Of a stretch of DNA of 64,000 nucleotides, positions 12,039 through 24,629 are shown in pieces. Under the pieces are notes generated by a model. That model was not told the DNA's origin and made no database searches. It saw only the letters and a program-made list of their open reading frames with translations. Within the stretch, counting starts at the first letter, position 1. Each line of letters starts with the position of its first letter. The stretch comes from Hormiphora californensis. Its lineage: Eukaryota; Animalia; Ctenophora. Position numbers and translations under genes: made by a program. Where the stretch lies: positions 3,100,001 to 3,164,000 of the forward strand of contig CM035358.1 of NCBI GenBank assembly GCA_020137815.1, given 5' to 3'.

Positions 12039-15000
12039 CGTTTTGTAACACTGTTACACAAGTTGTGTATTACGATTGTTTGTTGTCTAACTCTGAACTA
12101 ATGTTCGTACTGAACTAATGTTCGTATATATCCACGCTTCTATACTCGCTAGTTGGATAACACTTTGTGTTATTTTCAGTCACCTAAAACGTCGAGAAAG
12201 AAATCGAAAAGCCCAAAGGTAGAGAAGAAGAAGGCTGTTAAGAAAGTAGCGCCTCCTCCTAAGAGATCTCTACTGGATATCGAGATAACAAGTAGCAGTG
12301 AGGGTGAAGATGATATATTCCAGGTAGAGATAATATATATTGGAATATTACACTCCACTACACCACTGTAGTAATGATGTTCACCGCAATTGTGTTTCTT
12401 GGCAGCTGGGATTGCTCCGGAGCGCTTTCCAGCGTTGTGATTCGTTAGATTCCTAGTTCCTACTATGATGACAATGCCACCTGTAACCACAATATCCCTC
12501 CCAGGCCCCGGACACGCCCCCTGCCGACCAGAAAGTAGAGATAATGACGTCATACGATGAACCCCAACAGCCCCCTCCTTCTCGACTTCCCTCTACTGGA
12601 TCACTCAAGCTGGTCCACGTGGAGTCTGCAGCTGTTGTACAGCAGCCAACTCCAGCTGTTATTGAGGTGAGGGGTGACTTTTGTCAAGGGTTGTGAATTC
12701 GATACACTTTGTTTGTTTGTTTGTTTGACGTCTTAGAAACACTGTGTAATGGGCGAAAGGGGGTACTACTTTTAGGTGACCTCAGGGTGAGACCTGTGAG
12801 AAATTTCATGAGACTTTTGTGATAAGTTGATAGATAAGGGGTGTGCCAATATATCAGTTCCCACCCCTGTAACTAGGAAGAAGATGATGTCATTGTGATT
12901 TTATTTTAACTAGTTTTACCAGCTAGTACTCGAGGGGGAGGATGCTTAACAAATATTTAGGTTGTCCTAGCTTTACAGGACAAATGATTGGTCATTATTT
13001 GTTCAATGAGGTTAAATATTTACTGTCTTAGCTATTTATTTACTCCACGATCAAAGTAAATGAGCTGATTAAAATGGGGGCCGACGGGGATATATAGGTT
13101 CACACGTTTCGGTGAGGTATCATTAGCTCCTGCTCCTTTATAAACCCCAACCATGCAACTCTAAACGAACACCCATTATATCATATCATGAAGCTGTTTA
13201 TAGTACTTGTCCTCTGTGCTACTCTCCTGGTGACTCCTGGCGACTGTGCCAAGACCTGCAAGAAGAAAATCCTCAAACTGTGGCGGGACTCGCATTTCAA
13301 AGGAACGAGGATCATACTAGAAGAGGACACACCGTCAGTTCAAGTGCCATTGGCTTCGACAACCAGGTCTCCTCTTACGAGGCAAGGTGCGGGACTCAAT
13401 GGGAGTGCTTCTTTGAGGAGAACTACAAGGGAGAGAAAATTACAATGATAGGAATGGATATATTTCAATATGAAGGGGTGGAACTGATAAGATTAGCTCG
13501 TGTAGACGGATCAAGTAATGACTGAAATGTTTTAAATTTATTCTCCAACAATGTGTTTTCCATTTGTATGATACTAAAGAACCCGTCAAGTATTAACCCC
13601 TTCGGTTATCAACGGGACCAAATTTAAACCAGGAACCGACCGAATCAGGAAATACTGGTCCCTGATCAGGAAATGCTGATTGGCTGATAACCAGTCACGT
13701 GACGAGTTCTGATTGGTTGTTTACTTTTGTCGGTCGGTTCCTAATTTAAACCACCATCATTCATAACTGCACCCCTTCATAAATCTGCAAGTATACTATG
13801 ACTATGATCAGATATCAATTTGATTGTGCTCTGCATGTATTGGGGTCCTGTGGTAATGAATTCTACACTCACTGTCCCACAGCGGGGGGAACTCAGGTTC
13901 TTCGTGCCAGCTGAGTTCTTCGAGCTCAGTCCCGTTGCCGTGGACCTGGTTGGCTGATGGTCCAGTGATTACGGTCAAATCACACCGGCTCTCTCCCCAA
14001 TCTTGGGGAGTAAACTTTGCCAGAGACCTTGCCGAACTCAACTATGGCACCGAGCTCTTGGAGTGCGGCTGGTCCCTGCTGGGATTTGGTTCGGCGGTCG
14101 ATTGATGAGCGGTTGGTTGACGATTGATATCAGTCGTTGATCGATCGTTTGTCGGTCGGTCGTCGGGCTGAGTCTTAGTGAGGATCCCGGTTGAACTGAT
14201 AATCTCACCCCAGCCAGTAACCTTGTTACACATGGCAACCCATGATTTGTAATCACCGAGGGCCTCTGCCTACTAGGCATGCCTGATGACCCTTCGGCTG
14301 TCTCCCATTTAATTATGGGGGTAAATTCTACGCCAGAGAACTAGCCTCCCTCAATTATGGCAATCCATGATTTGTAATCACCCGGCAGCTGTAGCCTTTA
14401 AAACAGCCCTCCTGTCCAACATCCCATATTGGTCGGACGGAGGTTACCTTCTCTCGCAAAAATAGGGGTTATTCCCCTGGGGAACCTCTGCCCAAATTTT
14501 TGCCACATACTACCTTTGCAATATATCTAGAACAATCCTCCTCACTAACAAACAGATCAAGCAACACACTTGATTTGGTAAAATTCTCCAAACTAATAGC
14601 CAAAAGTAACCTATTCGATTAAACCATCCCTAACTATCCCGACCTGGAACAAGTGGCAAACTATAGGGCAACGCTACTTATGGGGGATTTTTCTTCTATA
14701 ACAACGCAATAAGGGACCCAAAAGTGGTAGGGCAGGTCTGGGCCAAACAAATGGCCACCTCCGCCGTATGGCAAGTAATTACCCCGCAATAGTGCAACCC
14801 CTGGGAGTCGATAATTTGCCAAATGCTCACCAGAAGTTTACATAAGCGTTTTCATGCTTATCTGTGCTTGCTAAGAAATTAGCTGTCCGGACCCCCAGGT
14901 TGCATGCTGATAAGTACTGCTAGCGGTTTTGACCCAAGACCTGAGGTGTGATAAGATATTTCAGCCGTCACCGATTAGATGGTGAACCCACGGTATTGTC

Positions 15001-15325
15001 ATATCCGGCAACCCACCTACCTCTACAGCTCCTTGGAGCAGTAGTAACCAGAGACCAGTCTGTGAGACAGGTAAATTCCATCCATTGTCCTGACAATATA
15101 GGTATGTCAGTCTACTATTAGATTCACTGTATCAAATACTCTTCTTGTGATGCCGGCGAAGGTTCGAGGGAAATGTTGAGCTTGCTCGACAAAATACCAG
15201 GACCCAAACCGGAACAACATCAACATTATCCCTACGTGTGGGGGACGGTGGCGAAGAGTGATATTAATATAGGTTGTCTGCCGACCATTGTGGGGCAGTA
15301 AAGTGGGAGGAATGACGGGCGGTGC

Positions 15326-15360
<35 letters not shown>

Positions 15361-16773
15361 TGTCCCAAAGAATTGAGCTCTGGCATTCTTCGCATCAGGA
15401 GGTGCCCCGTCACTCAACACGACCAAGAAATCATTAGGGGCAAGCCAATTTTTGTACAATCCGATAGTCAAAAGGCCCCTGAAGCACCAAAAAAGTGGGG
15501 ATAAACACACCTAATCGTGTTAAACAATGAGATAATTAGATATGCGCAAAGCACATACCCGGAAATTGGGAATGCTGTATCTTTGCTCATGGTTGCCTCA
15601 TTGCTCGACCCTGTTTAACCCTTTGGGGACGATAAGCCCCCTGTCGACAGAATTCTCTAAAACTTTCTGGAGACACTCACTTTGAACCTACTTGAACGCA
15701 GGAAAAGGAATTTTGGTTCTACCACCTGTATTTCTATTGGGTCACCTGTGACCCAATCGTCCCCTACCAAATGCACTGTTTTAGCCCTGTTTTCCAAAGT
15801 CGACAACTTCAGAGGCTCAAAACGACCTCAAAATGCTAGAAAAATGTATGGTTCAACCCTGGAAACGATTTAAAACTTTCAAATATGGTCTAGAAAGACG
15901 CTATATGGGTTCAAAGTTGTGGGTCACCTGTGACCCAATCGTCTCCAAAGGGTTAACCGCGCCCCACAGTCCACACAGATGTAAAGGAGGGTTAGAACTT
16001 AGAACATAACAAGCACATGGTGGGGTTCAGGAAATTTGGACGGGTGCATTTTGTAGGCAATTACCATGTTGTGGGGTCAAAGTCGGAATTTTTAGCTCTA
16101 TCTCTAGCCTTTATTTGGATTCAAAGATCCCCAGAATAGGGCTTTTGTGCGTTTTTTGCTCATTTTTAGCACCTTTAATTTTAAAATAACCAACAATTTG
16201 CCTTTTTAATGCTGATATCCATTCTTTCAGCCAGTTGAAAGTGACCAGGAGGAGATTGTAGCTGTGAAGAAGAAGGCGGGTAAAAAGAAGAAACCTAAGA
16301 AAACGGAGGAGGAAGTGAGAGCACAAAAGGAAAGGGATGAACTTGAAGAATTCTTTGGTAAAGTCGGATTTTTTGAAACTGTCACCCCCCTGAAATAACA
16401 AATTTGTCATATCTCCGGTTCCTGATAAGATAGAGACTTGAAATTTGGAGGTTCGGAAGAACTTAGCAAGATCTTTATAACCTCCAAATTTCAAGTCTCT
16501 ATCTCATCAGGAACCGGACTTATGGTCATTTAAAGAAATTTGAAAACTCAGGGGGGTGACAGTTTCAAAAAATCCGACTTTAACTGTCCTTTAATAATTC
16601 TATCCGACTAATTCTATCATACTAACTCCAAACGCTTTTTGACTTCTAATAACTTCTTATTTGTAGGTGCTACTGCAGAGGAAAGTCCAAAGCCTGAAAA
16701 GAAATTAAAGAAGAAGACCAAGAAGAAGAAACCGAAAGCGACTGAGGGAGCGGGGGATTATGAACAATTTTAG
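5878..16773 (+). CDS. RABL6: Rab-like protein 6, C-terminal exons: 5878-5925, 6057-6112, 6757-6803, 6963-7019, 9588-9686, 9880-10012, 10257-10391, 11524-11989, 12180-12323, 12505-12666, 16231-16357, 16667-16773. GTPase exons lie upstream of the window
   Basis: A phase-consistent GT-AG exon chain gives [70 protein letters not shown] and terminal GDYEQF*. These match remembered RABL6 motifs (RETLLRQLE..., DFVPDDRLDRSFLED, DELEAFLG, GDYEEL). Confidence 0.88.
7025..7370. repeat. (GACA)n compound microsatellite; a (CTGT)n tract also at about 9699-9795
   Basis: Directly visible, intronic in RABL6. Confidence 0.95.
7672..9304. mobile_element. Non-autonomous TIR element, probably Mutator-like, with an internal ~60-bp tandem array (about 8480-8970)
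   Basis: TIR GGGGGGGTTCCAACCTATTT...AAATAGGTTGGAACCCCCCC flanked by a direct repeat (a/c)CAGTAATA (8-9 bp TSD). Confidence 0.75.
10578..11200. mobile_element. ~620-bp near-perfect palindromic MITE/foldback
   Basis: ATTAGCACTAATAATACCAGTTCC... is mirrored by ...GGAACTGGTATTATTAGTGCTAAT, with arms of about 300 bp and a short loop near 10880-10900. No clear TSD. Confidence 0.85.
13188..13518 (+). pseudogene. Secreted single-domain beta/gamma-crystallin-like gene with frameshifts, nested in a RABL6 intron
   Basis: Signal peptide [20 protein letters not shown], then [20 protein letters not shown] / [29 protein letters not shown] / [13 protein letters not shown] across different frames: two Greek-key motifs. 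Confidence 0.75.
13630..13743. mobile_element. hAT-type MITE (second copy at 47519-47627)
   Basis: TIR (C/T)AGGAACCGAC...GTCGGTTCCTA with an 8-bp TSD ATTTAAAC. Confidence 0.85.
15619..15952. mobile_element. piggyBac-type MITE
   Basis: TTAA|CCCTTTGGGGACGAT...ATCGTCTCCAAAGGG|TTAA. Confidence 0.88.
16362..16579. mobile_element. Kolobok-type MITE at the donor of the last RABL6 intron
   Basis: GTAA|AGTCGGATTTTTTGAAACTGTCACCCCCCTGA...TCAGGGGGGTGACAGTTTCAAAAAATCCGACT|TTAA. Confidence 0.78.
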
Positions 16774-17376
16774 CGGAGTATGTTTTGATAGTGTAGTCGG
16801 GTAGTAGTAGTATGAAGAGGAAAATCTAGTCTTACTGTGTGTTTTTATATCTTACTGAATTTATACAAAGTGCTCTGACAAGGTGGTGGCAACTGGTTGC
16901 CCGCGGCTGAGAGAGGGTGTGTATTATAATAGTAGCAACAATGTGTGTTTTTCTGTTTTCCCTGCCTTGAATATGTGTCTGTGTGAATTTGTTGCTAATT
17001 TATTGCTTTATGAATCGCTTGAAATGTGTGTTTTTAAGTTTACCGGAATGTGAAACCTGGATCAGAAAAATATGGAAATTTTCCCACGCCCTGCGCGCAT
17101 TAACCACATGGAGAAGCGCGCGTCAAAACTAAACCAACAGCAATCCACACTTTCACCAGGTCTGTCACTTCGCGCGTTACGTCTTATAAAATGACGTAAC
17201 CTGCCTCAAGTAAGGATGTGCTCCTTCTCATAGTGAGAGAGTGTCTGTGAGTTATGCACGCCCCACCCTAATTGCATACGAAGTCTGCTACTGTCCAGGA
17301 AGGAGGAGGAGGAGAGGGATGGAATGCGGTGTCAGGTGTACTACACAGGAGTGTGTACATTGTACTTGTACTTGTA

Positions 17377-17952
17377 TTCGGGGCCTGGCAAGGCCCCCCG
17401 ACCCGAATATAACCCAAACTCAACCCATCCCCCCTAAAACATCCCCCCTAAAACTAAAACAACGGGGCCGAGCCGACAGGCCCTTAATACCAGATGAAAA
17501 AAAACCATTCGGGGCCTGGCAAGGCCCCCCGACCCGAATCTAACCCAAACTCAACCCATCCCCTCTAAAACATCCCCCCTAAAACTAAAACAACGGGGCC
17601 GAGCCGACAGGCCCTTAATACCAGATGAAAAAAAAACCATAACCATAACCATAACCATTCGGGGCCTGGCAAGGCCCCCCGACCCGAATATAACCCAAAC
17701 CATCCCCCCTAAAACATCCCCCCTAAAACTAAAACAACGGGGCCGAGCCGACAGGCCCTTAATACCAGATGAAAAAAAAACCATTCGGGGCCTGGCAAGG
17801 CCCCCCGACCCGAATATAACCCAAACTCAACCCATCCCCCCTAAAACATCCCCCCTAAAACTAAAACAACGGGGCCGAGCCGACAGGCCCTTAATACCAG
17901 ATGAAAAAAAAACCATAAAACCATAAACCATAAAACCATAAACCATAACCAT
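17377..17952. repeat. Four tandem ~130-bp GC-hairpin units with (CCATAA)n spacers, followed by a repetitive element body to about 18590
   Basis: The unit TTCGGGGCCTGGCAAGGCCCCCCGACCCGAAT...GGGGCCGAGCCGACAGGCCCTTAATACCAGATGAAAAAAAA occurs four times. A duplicated block with (TAATTACATG)-type repeats follows at about 18130-18510. Confidence 0.85.
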
Positions 17953-19587
17953 AGATATTTTTAGAGTGAAAGTTTTGAAGCCCCCTGAAGTAGTAGAGAG
18001 GTGTTCTATGGCTCGTTGGAAAGGTCTCGAGATCCCGCGACGTATAGGGGGTGTGGCGATGGCCATACCACAAAAAACTATAAGGGGTTAGACGCGAAAA
18101 ACGTCAAAATAAGGGTATGCTGAACCGGCAATTAAAGGAGTAGAAAGGGTGTTCTAGGGTGCGTTCGAAAGCTCTCGAGGTACTGAAGTATTGGAATGTA
18201 ATTGGAAGTAATTACATGTAATTAAAATGTAATACATGTAATTAAAGGTAATTACATGTAATTGAAAGGTCTAAATGACCAGAATGATAATTTAAACATA
18301 TTTTGACGTATTTGGAGCATTTGGAAGGAGTAGAAAGGTGTTCTAGGGTGCGTTCGAAAGCTCTCGAGGTGCTGAAGTAATTGGAATGTAATTGGAAGTA
18401 ATTACATGTAATTAAAGGGTAATTACATGTAATTAAAGGGTAATTACATGTAATTAAAAGGTCAGCATGATCCCAAATGATAATTTAAACATATTTTGAC
18501 GTATTTGGAGGCCCTGAGACCAGCGGGTGGCCAAATTTAATCCAGTTTCGGGTCGGCTGACGTAAAAACTCCGCGTTTTGGTCGAGGTCATTATAAGTAC
18601 ATTAATGTATATCTAGCTACTACATATGTTTTAATGTAGGTTGAGGTTCTCATGGTGGGTATACCTTGGAAACTTTGAGATATTGAGTTGCCGAGTTGGG
18701 CAACGCAAGTTGATTTGGTAAAATGATAAGCTCGACAGCATTTCCAGAATACATAGCATATAAGTATCATGGTGACATGCTGGTCAAGATTTAAATCATG
18801 TCCTATCGCTAAAGTACCAGTACCTCTCCGACAAAATTTGTTTTATATCGGTTTTCTGCCCCGTCACAGGTCAGTATCACTATCGTTACAATATCAAGGC
18901 TTGGTCACAATGTGAGATGCATGCGTCCTGTATGTATATGCAGTTACACAGCTGTTTTACTCTACCTTCACCCCTTCAGCAACAGTGTTGTGAGCGCCGC
19001 GCACAGCTTTGAAAAATAAGCGTCCTGACATCATATTTCATCAAAACAGTTATTTGATTTTATGAAGGAGCAGTTACTATGCTGCTACCGTGACACACGC
19101 GATTTTGACCACGCTCGAGTTACTATTTCAAATCCGAGATTTCTAAACCCTTTATGATCTTTTTAGCACACGTGCTAAAACGATCATCCGGGTGGATGCC
19201 CTTCGGGCATCCACCCGGGCAGGGAAAAAATATCGTGAATTTTCGAATTTCGGGTTGAAAATGTAAACGGTATTGGGATTTGAACCCAAATATGAGCCAT
19301 GTCATGACCCGGTTTATTGCTGATAAGAATGGCAAGAAAATTATATTCTTTTGTCGTATCATATCCATTGTAATCTATCTCCACGGTGTCAGCACAGTTA
19401 AACAAGTCAGATTTCATCAAATTCGGTTTAATTAAACTGGACCATTTAATCGGTATTCGGTAGAACAATCAACTAATTAATGAATCTTTGCCGTAACAAA
19501 CATTTTAAAATGTTTTTCTTTCATTTCAAATCCGTACGTGTTACCTGTGTGCTCCTTGGTTTGTCTGTAGGTAGGTACAATCATATC

Positions 19588-19681
<94 letters not shown>

Positions 19682-20865
19682 TCAGTACAATGTACGCTGG
19701 CAGGAAGCCAGGACGCATTACAATAATTATCAGTAACACGTGTCTACCCGGAAGGAATGTCATTGGACAGTGTACATTTCAATATATCCGGCACTTGTGT
19801 GTCTGTAGGTCCCAAGGAGATATGATTGAGGGGGATACAGGATATGATTGGGGAGATACAACCTGTTAAATGTGGTTAGTGATGGTTATCGGAGACCGAT
19901 AGATAAACGTGGCAGGTCCGTTGTAATGGTATCTCTCATCCAAGCAGACTGAAATGAATTCCCCCGTGTTGTGGCTGATATTTGTCAAACCCCCACCGAT
20001 TATGTGCCATCCTGAGCCAGGCACCCAGATGGGACCGGAGAGAGAAACACCGCGTTACACGCACATTCTTTTAACGTCGCGTGCTTGTCTCCTTTTGAGG
20101 AGTAGCCACCTCCCAGAATAGACGGGGATTCTGTAAATTATATGAGTTGCTAAACAGAGGGAGTGAGTGAGAGGGGGAGAGAGAGATGGAGAGAGACAGG
20201 GAGAGGAGATGGAGAGAGACTCAGAGAAAAAGGGGATTGGGTGAGTGGCCACAGTCCAAAGCATACTCTCTACTTGTGGTGGAAAGAGTAACAGATCTTT
20301 GTAGCATGAATGACCTAAAGGGACCCTTGCTACAAAAACTCTCCCCAAAAATAGCAGCTGCAGTCCACAAACCAGAAATAGAAATCATCTTCACCATTGG
20401 TGGCCCCTTCTCCACTGGTGGTTTTTCTCTTTTCCGATCTCCCTCTCTCTCTCTATCTGCAGCTATACTACTTCTATCTACTACTTCTATCTCTTTGTTT
20501 CCCCCTCCCTCTCCCTATCTCTTAGTTCCCCTCCCTCTCGCTATCTCTCTCCCTCTCCCTCTCTCTTCACAGATGATCTATACACTTCTGCAGCACGTGG
20601 AGCAGTTGTTGCTGCTCTAACCACTTGCCCTTTTGAGCTGTAACCACAAACAGGGTGGGTCCACTCTATGAACCACAATACCTAGTTATTGGACTACTCT
20701 TTTTTAGATTTGAAAGGAGATCTAGAGGTAGCTCGAGGGCTTAATTTTCTCACAGAGAAATCAAAAGAGAATCGCTCCCACCAATTAGCTAAATGATATA
20801 GAGACAGGAGGAAGGAAGATAGAGAGATAGATAGATACGGAAGGTGCATTGAGTAGACACCTAAA

Positions 20866-20938
<73 letters not shown>

Positions 20939-21692
20939 GGCGAGCGTTTAATATCACCACGTGAAGACAATTATCGGTGAACACGCGGCTCGAGCTATCT
21001 TTCTTTCTTCATTTCCTTCCTCTATCTCGTCTTATCTTCCGCTATATATCCCATATATAATTCTTAACTCTTTATAGTTTTAAAGGATATGTTTAATGTT
21101 CTGGCTACCTTTAGTCTTCCACTACCACTCTCCTTTTTCAGTTAACTGAAGCGAAAACTTTAGAAATCAAGGACACAGAAATGTTGGATAATGGTTTCTG
21201 ATCGTTCATTCATTACTGAACATTGTGAACAATCCCTGAAGGGCTCATCGTTATCAGCCTAGAGTGAAGAATGAAAGACGCATAAAAATGAAAACTGAAG
21301 AATAGACATGGAAGAATATCGGAAGATAGATTAAATATAATAGAAATATATAAGCGAAGGAAAAAGTCCATTCGTTTTGCGAATTAGAGAAAGATCTAGA
21401 ATATTCGAAAATGCGGAAAAAGAGAAATCCAGTGAAGCAGAGAGAGGTTCCAAGTTTTAAATTCTAGAGGAAAGTGTGGGAGACATGTTGAGCGCTACGT
21501 GTTACAGGTAATTTTTGACAACCCTGTGACACAAGATAAGGAATAACTGCCATCTCTTGCACGGCATAATGTGTTGATTTCATGAGACATAACGAGAGGA
21601 TGTGGGAGAGATATAGGTTCTAGAAAAAGATACTTAGACAGGGGTAGAGAGAGATGTGGGAGAGATATAGGTTCTAGAAAAGATAGACAGGG

Positions 21693-21725
<33 letters not shown>

Positions 21726-22005
21726 CGTTTGAATAGATCATTCAGCAAGATGTGGTCATCATTATTGGCCATATCACTGTATGTACTAGCATGAGCAGCT
21801 GTACATGTGCTGCAGTATGATACAGGAACATTGACATAATCTGATCCCTCAAAAACCCAGTAAATAGCTGGGAGAGAGAGGATGGGTCTATCTTGGCCTC
21901 TAGTTCCGTGGAGAGAAGCACCAGGAAATGCAATGTGCGCTCTCTCCGGCCACATGTGTATCGTGGGAAAGAAACATCTTCTCTCTTCTTCTTCTTCTCT
22001 CTTCT

Positions 22006-22086
<81 letters not shown>

Positions 22087-24629
22087 TCTCTTTCTTTAGT
22101 TTTTTACAAGTAACAGACACGTGCAGAGAGAGTCTGATACACACGTGTTTCTATTGTTAGGGCACAGACAGACAGACAGCTCTCCAACGAAATATGACTT
22201 CACAGATTCTGCTGACATAGTAGGGTGTGCTACGGCTATAACTAGCTTTCTTACCAATATAGCTACTGGAGTTGAGTAGTGAAGAGAGAGAGAGAGGTGC
22301 ACTGTTTCACGTGTCAACAGACATGTCTAGACATACCGTCTACCATCTGCACGTGCAGAATTGGCAGCTGTGCACAGGTGCTGCAGGTCATCCTATACTG
22401 CCATGCAGTATCTTCCCCCTGAAGTTCAGGGCCTGAACACTGTTCAGTGTTCAGTGAACAGGGTTGTACCCTTTTATACTGCGTAGGGTTGTACATGGGG
22501 GCAACAGCTGAATATATAGCTGCAAGAGCCGGTAGTTTACTGTCAGGATTGATCAGTGGCAGTCGATGTGTTGGAAGCTTGTAACGGATAGGGAACGGGG
22601 TGTTTGGATAATGTTGTGATAGGTTGTTAGATGACGCACAGGATTGAGAGATTGAAGAAGAGAGCCTGGGGAGCCTGTTGGGTATTTCATTACATGTTCA
22701 TTCACTCCTTCACGATAGAAAAACAAGGAGCTCGATATTGAGTGATGATTGCGTCATGACCCTCCCACTCACAGGATCAATAGGAGGATTATGTAATGCA
22801 CTACTGCAGGGACTGCGGTATCCGGGTTCTGGGAGGGGTAGCACACTAGCACGGGGTGGGGGATGTGCCCCAATTGATTTGTGATACTACACACCTGTAT
22901 AACATCACATACGCTGCATTCGGCCCGGTTTGGAGAGCGCAGTCTGTGAGGGACAACAATTGACCAGGTCCTTCAAGTGTAATCCCCTTCTCATAGATCG
23001 GCAAGTTGTTGCCGTGCAGCTCCTATCACCAACATCTCCTATTATTATTTTAGGACACTTGGACAGGTTGTAAAAGTTGTTCATCGGTTCCTGCACTAAA
23101 AGTAAACAACTCCTTTATTCCAGAATGATGATAGTCCAGGAAAAACGTCACCCAAGAATGAGGTTGAAGAGAATGAGATTGAAGAGAATGATATTGAAGA
23201 GAATTCGCACACGTGCAGGGTTGATTAGGAACGTGCATCATTAATCCAACAAGTCATTCGATCTATACCAACAACAACTGCACAGCATTGTTTAAACCCC
23301 ACCTCCATGTCACCTCATCTGCACGTGTAAGTTGAACCGTACGGAGCTGAACCATGGGTACCAAGGCTGCTGCAGGGAAAGCACACTCAAACATGAACAC
23401 AACACCTATAATACCACATGTTATATACTGAGTGGTGGGGGAGTGATTAATGTAAAGGTCATTATATACACAGCTCATAAAGACATCATCTCTCAGTCAC
23501 CCAGCACTCCATCACTCATGCTGTTGTAGTCATCACTACTGCAGCACACCATCGCAGTTGTAGTGTCATGTGTTACCCTGCAACGTACAGTGTGTCATAT
23601 GCATTGCAGTGTACCTCGAACCCAACACTTGATTGAAGCATTGTGTTTGAGTTTTGAAAACCTACCATTTTCTAAGCGCTCCCATGAAGTCTCTCTTTCT
23701 TTCTCACTCTCTCTTCTTTGGTTGTGTGGACGTTGAAGTAGGGAAAGAAGCCTCCTTCTAAAAAGTGAGTTTTTTGGAATTTTCATGAATCATGGAGGAA
23801 AGTAATTCCTTTTGGCCCTATCTTTTTTACCTCTTTTACCAAGTCACCTGGTAAACAAAGTACAGTAAATTTCAGGAAACTCAGTGTATTTTCCTGAACT
23901 CTAGGTTTACTTGATGAGTCACTATGGCCATGGCTCTGTAGTCATGGGTTGTTGAGTTACTTAACAAGTCATGGGGGAATGTTTGTTATTTTCTCCTTTA
24001 GAGAGAGAGAGGGTAGAGCAAGGCAAGTGAGAGTTACGGTTGCAGCAGGGGCATACTCTGTTAGCGTGTGAGTGCATCCCCAGATCATATATGGTTTACT
24101 ACTGCAGTGTCCCACTATTCCTGTTTACCAGGTGACTTGGTAATTGAACTAAAACTAGGCCCAAAAATGACCTTCTTGTATCTAGAAAACGTTAAATTTC
24201 CAAGAAATTTAGAGGTTTCTTTCCTTCTTCAACCTCTAAACGCGGCCAAGTGAGAGAGTCTTACAGGATGTTGTTATGTTCTAACCCTTCCCTTACTCTC
24301 TGCAGCCACGGGGTGCGGTGAGAGAGGGATGAGCAAATGTAACTGGAGAAGAGAACTTCAATTAAAAGTAGGAAAAGGGTTAAGAGGAGAATTAACCATC
24401 GCGTAGCATCTTCTTTTGTGTTTATACGGATAATGAAATCCTTTCCACAACCCTCTCAAGCGTATCATAAACATTTTCTCAGTGTTACAACTGTAATTAT
24501 GTCATTTCAAGTGCAATAAAATGTTTAAAAATCGCAATCTCTCTTTCCCATTCTCTCTCTGTGTGTTTGCATGCAAAAACTCACAATCCCGGCATGGCAG
24601 GTCCTTTATAATCACGTCACCATGGTAAC

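Noticed and set aside
17090-17215. CGCG-rich patch with GTTACGTC-TATAAAA-GACGTAAC as a promoter
   Set aside because: No downstream gene could be linked to it.
19900-23800. Possible degenerate membrane-protein or TE exons (e.g. ISGLWTAAAIFG, CGIIGVVFMF)
   Set aside because: I could not build a consistent exon chain or recognise a family motif, so this is left unannotated.
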